A stretch of DNA of 64,000 nt from positions 21,299-85,298 of IMG/VR virus record IMGVR_UViG_2687453531_000003; one strand, written 5' to 3'. Of the stretch, positions 62,952 to 64,000 are shown in pieces. The stretch comes from a virus. Lineage: Duplodnaviria; Caudoviricetes. How positions within the stretch are numbered: position 1 is the first letter of the stretch; every line of letters starts with the position of its first letter. The translations under genes and the position numbers were made by a program. Below the pieces are notes generated by a model, which saw only the letters and a list, made by a program, of their open reading frames with translations, did no database searches and was not told the DNA's origin.

Positions 62952-64000
62952 GCAAACGTCGCAGCCACCGCCGCCAGCAGCCAGTTACAGTCCAGTCCGC
63001 CCAGGAAGGCGAGTTCATCCCGCGCCAGGGTGGCCGTGCCGAGGCCTTCACCTTCGGTGATCCGATGCCGGTGCTCGACGGCCGGGGCATCCTCGACTAT
63101 CTCGAGTGCTGGCCGAACGGGCGGTGGTACGAGCCGCCGCTGTCTATGGAGGGGCTGGCCAAGTCGGTGGGGTCGAGCGTTTATCTGCAGTCGGGCCTGA
63201 AGTTCAAGCGCAACATGCTGGCCAAGACCTTCATCCCGCACCGCCTGCTCAGCCGGGCGACGTTCGAGCAGTTCTCCCTGGACTGGCTGACATTTGGCTC
63301 GGCATACCTCGAGCAGCCTCGTTCTCGCCTGGGTACGCGGATGCCGCTGCAGGCGCCGCTGGCCAAGTACATGCGCCGCGGCACCGATCTGGAGACGTTC
63401 TACCAGGTGCGCAGCTGGAAGGATGAGCACGAATTCGAGAAGGGCAGCGTGATCCAACTGCGCGAGGCCGACATCAATCAGGAAATCTACGGAGTGCCGG
63501 AGTGGTTCTGCGCCCTACAGAGCGCCCTGCTGAACGAGTCGGCCACGCTGTTCCGGCGTAAGTACTACAACAACGGCAGCCACGCCGGCTTCATCCTCTA
63601 CATGACCGACGCCGCACAGAATGAGGAAGACATCGACGCGCTGCGCACGGCGCTGAAGACCGCGAAGGGGCCTGGCAATTTCCGCAACCTGTTCGTCTAC
63701 GCGCCGAACGGGAAGAAGGAGGGGATCCAACTGATTCCGGTCAGCGAGGTGGCGGCCAAGGACGAGTTCGGCTCAATCAAGAACATCAGCCGCGACGACC
63801 AGCTCGCCGGCCTGCGGGTCTATCCGCAGCTGATGGGGGTGGTGCCGCAGAACGCTGGTGGGTTCGGATCCATTAGCGACGCAGCAGCGGTCTGGGCAAG
63901 CTTGGAACTCGCGCCAATGCAGACGCGCCTGCAGCAGGTTAATGAGATGATCGGGGAGGAGGTCGTGAGGTTCGCGCAGTTCGACGCTCCAGGCTTGTAA
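62948..64000 (+). CDS. P2 gpQ portal protein
   Basis: AFTFGDP, DINQEIYGVPE, YYNNGSHAGFI. Confidence 0.95.
   Translation: MSKRRSHRRQQPVTVQSAQEGEFIPRQGGRAEAFTFGDPMPVLDGRGILDYLECWPNGRWYEPPLSMEGLAKSVGSSVYLQSGLKFKRNMLAKTFIPHRLLSRATFEQFSLDWLTFGSAYLEQPRSRLGTRMPLQAPLAKYMRRGTDLETFYQVRSWKDEHEFEKGSVIQLREADINQEIYGVPEWFCALQSALLNESATLFRRKYYNNGSHAGFILYMTDAAQNEEDIDALRTALKTAKGPGNFRNLFVYAPNGKKEGIQLIPVSEVAAKDEFGSIKNISRDDQLAGLRVYPQLMGVVPQNAGGFGSISDAAAVWASLELAPMQTRLQQVNEMIGEEVVRFAQFDAPGL

Larger units (their letters stand above)
28121..64000. mobile_element. Prophage 2, phiCTX/P2-like myovirus (right end outside window)
   Basis: P2 gene order Q-P / O-N-M-L-X-lysis-R-S-V-W-J-I-H-G-FI-FII-E-E'-T-U-D plus ogr and int. 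Confidence 0.95.

Noticed and set aside
62948-64000. ctx cytotoxin gene and cos site
   Set aside because: Would lie beyond gene Q, outside the window; presence cannot be judged

Overview
High-GC, Pseudomonas aeruginosa-type DNA made of two tandem prophages that meet at a tRNA-Ser(UGA) 3' fragment (28090-28150). Prophage 1 (1-28150, left part outside the window) is a lambdoid siphovirus: end of a Q-like gene, hicAB, holins, terminases, a portal fused to an Acb1-like 2H phosphoesterase, DUF2213/DUF2184 head genes, a lambda-like tail, a tailspike, an O-antigen polymerase (wzy), GH19 endolysin and spanins, and a LexA-boxed cluster with an unannotated 30-aa membrane peptide and SRAP. Prophage 2 (28121 to beyond 64000) is a phiCTX/P2-like myovirus: integrase, an early operon with a DndC/PAPS-reductase-like gene and three repeated hairpin-RBS cassette junctions, a primase/helicase, ogr, cII, cox and cI, a GHKL-nuclease/Vsr/C5-methyltransferase restriction-modification moron, the full P2 tail, lysis and head set, and an AT-rich HEPN-like moron between S and V. 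Best leads: the possibly protease-released portal-Acb1 fusion, the Wzy plus Iap-like peptide pair, the repeated cassette junctions, and the defence morons. All family calls come from motif recognition and synteny; no database search was run.
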